From the NCBI GenBank assembly GCA_030704615.1, contig CM060732.1, positions 65,224,001 through 65,288,000 of the forward strand: a DNA stretch of 64,000 nt, in the 5' to 3' direction. The number at the start of each line of letters is the position of its first letter. Positions within the stretch are counted from its first letter, which is position 1. Origin of the DNA: Takakia lepidozioides. Taxonomy: Eukaryota; Plantae; Bryophyta. Below the pieces are notes generated by a model, which saw only the letters and a program-made list of their open reading frames with translations, did not search any database and was not told the origin of the DNA. The position numbers and the translations under genes were made by a program. Below, one piece after another: positions 62,874 to 64,000 of the stretch.

Positions 62874-63861
62874 CGCCTTCACCTTGAGGATGACACACTC
62901 CACCATGTAATGCCAGCCAATGTGCTTGGCATGGTTCTGCTTGATGTACTCCCACCAGGCGAGAAGTCGGTGATTCCCGTCCCACACAAAGAACATTTTT
63001 ACCCGACATATGGCCGAAGTCGGGATCACCCTTCAGCGTCGCCTCGAATTCGTGGTTGCGAGTGTGCCAGTGGGTATCCCACGTTGACAATTCATCGGCA
63101 GTGGGTCCACGCGGTTTCGCCGTCCTCATTCTCTATGGAAACGTAAAACGCTGCCGATCCAGACGGTACCCTTCTGCGAAATGCGAACTTGAGCTTATCC
63201 ACATCTCCGGGAAGGGCCTGCCTGACGATGGAAGGAGACCATGCGACAGAGTGGGATTCGAAGAGTCCGCTGGAAATACCCTGCTGCCCAGAACTCTGCC
63301 ATGCTACTGTGTGTCTCCTCCAACATTTTATCCGCTGCACTTTTGAAATCCTCCGGAGACATGTCTGTAGGTGCCGGTAGTGGCTGAGCAGCTGGAGCAT
63401 CCTCAACTGGAGCTGCACTCTGGGGCCTGTCTGCGGGCAATTCTGCCATTGCAGAGGCCTCCTCCGGGCCTGCTTGCTCATCGGTGGTGAGGTCTTGCTG
63501 CGAACGTTCAGCGGCAGCACCCTCCTCCGGTACCAAATCGAGATCAACGGTCGATCCATTGCCTTCGCTGCAGCAGAGTCGGCCCCAACATCTGCAGGCG
63601 GAAATCCTCCAGGAACTGAGCTTCAGCTCGTGGAAGCGGTTTTGCGGGAGATTGTTCGGCCGTCGCCCTGATTGCCTTCTGCTTCTCATCCTTGCAGGTG
63701 AAGGTGTCTGCTTGCAATTGAATCTGTCTTCTACCCTGCTGCTTCATTCGCGTTGGGGGGGGTGAATCGGCCTGAGCCGGTTCAGAAGCCAGTAGAGGGA
63801 CGGGCTGCTTCTTCTTCGACTTTGCTGGAGAAGGGCCCGACCCCTGCTGGCGATTCTCCAT
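62874..63861 (-). pseudogene. ParB/Srx-like gene, paralog 3 (5' part; continues into the gap)
   Basis: LRIPLCRMVS, RQALPGDVDKLKFAF, GSAAFYVSIEN, FFVWDGNHRLLAWWEYI, spread over several frames. Confidence 0.78.
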
Positions 63862-64000
63862 GATCGAAGAACGCGAGTCGATCTCTGAGACTTTGAACTT
63901 GCCCTTCGAAGACGCGTCTTTGAATCGCAGAGGGCTAGGCCCGGCAGGAGTACCCGCGCTCGGGGATCGGGTGGGTGTACGTGCTGCAGCTAGCTCCTCG

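Noticed and set aside
62059-63146. Long ORFs spanning the gap
   Set aside because: Artefacts of translating N.

Overview
Eukaryotic DNA, most likely from a land plant (inferred from plant-type Ty3/Gypsy and CACTA sequences and GT-AG introns). After one intronless Cys/Ser/Pro-rich host-like ORF (2868-5735), the window is a nest of transposons. It holds one structurally complete 12.8-kb Gypsy LTR element (48956-61728, ATTGC TSD) with extra ORFs, several truncated relatives, CACTA and piggyBac-like transposase fragments, a MITE-like element and GC-rich palindromic tandem arrays. The most notable signal is a candidate large Mutator(MULE)-like DNA element (~38084 to >62373). In it, a GCM-like Zn domain/DDE transposase gene (+) sits head-to-head with a multi-exon gene encoding a ParB/Srx-like domain fused to a beta-class (N6_N4_Mtase-like) DNA amino-methyltransferase (-). 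Three diverged ParB(-MTase) paralogs occur in the window. The two whose non-coding regions can be read each carry their own ~24-bp palindrome family, upstream and in roughly the same large intron. One palindrome family has expanded into a 5.5-kb satellite. All copies seen here carry stops or frameshifts. Domain calls are by motif recognition only; no searches were run.
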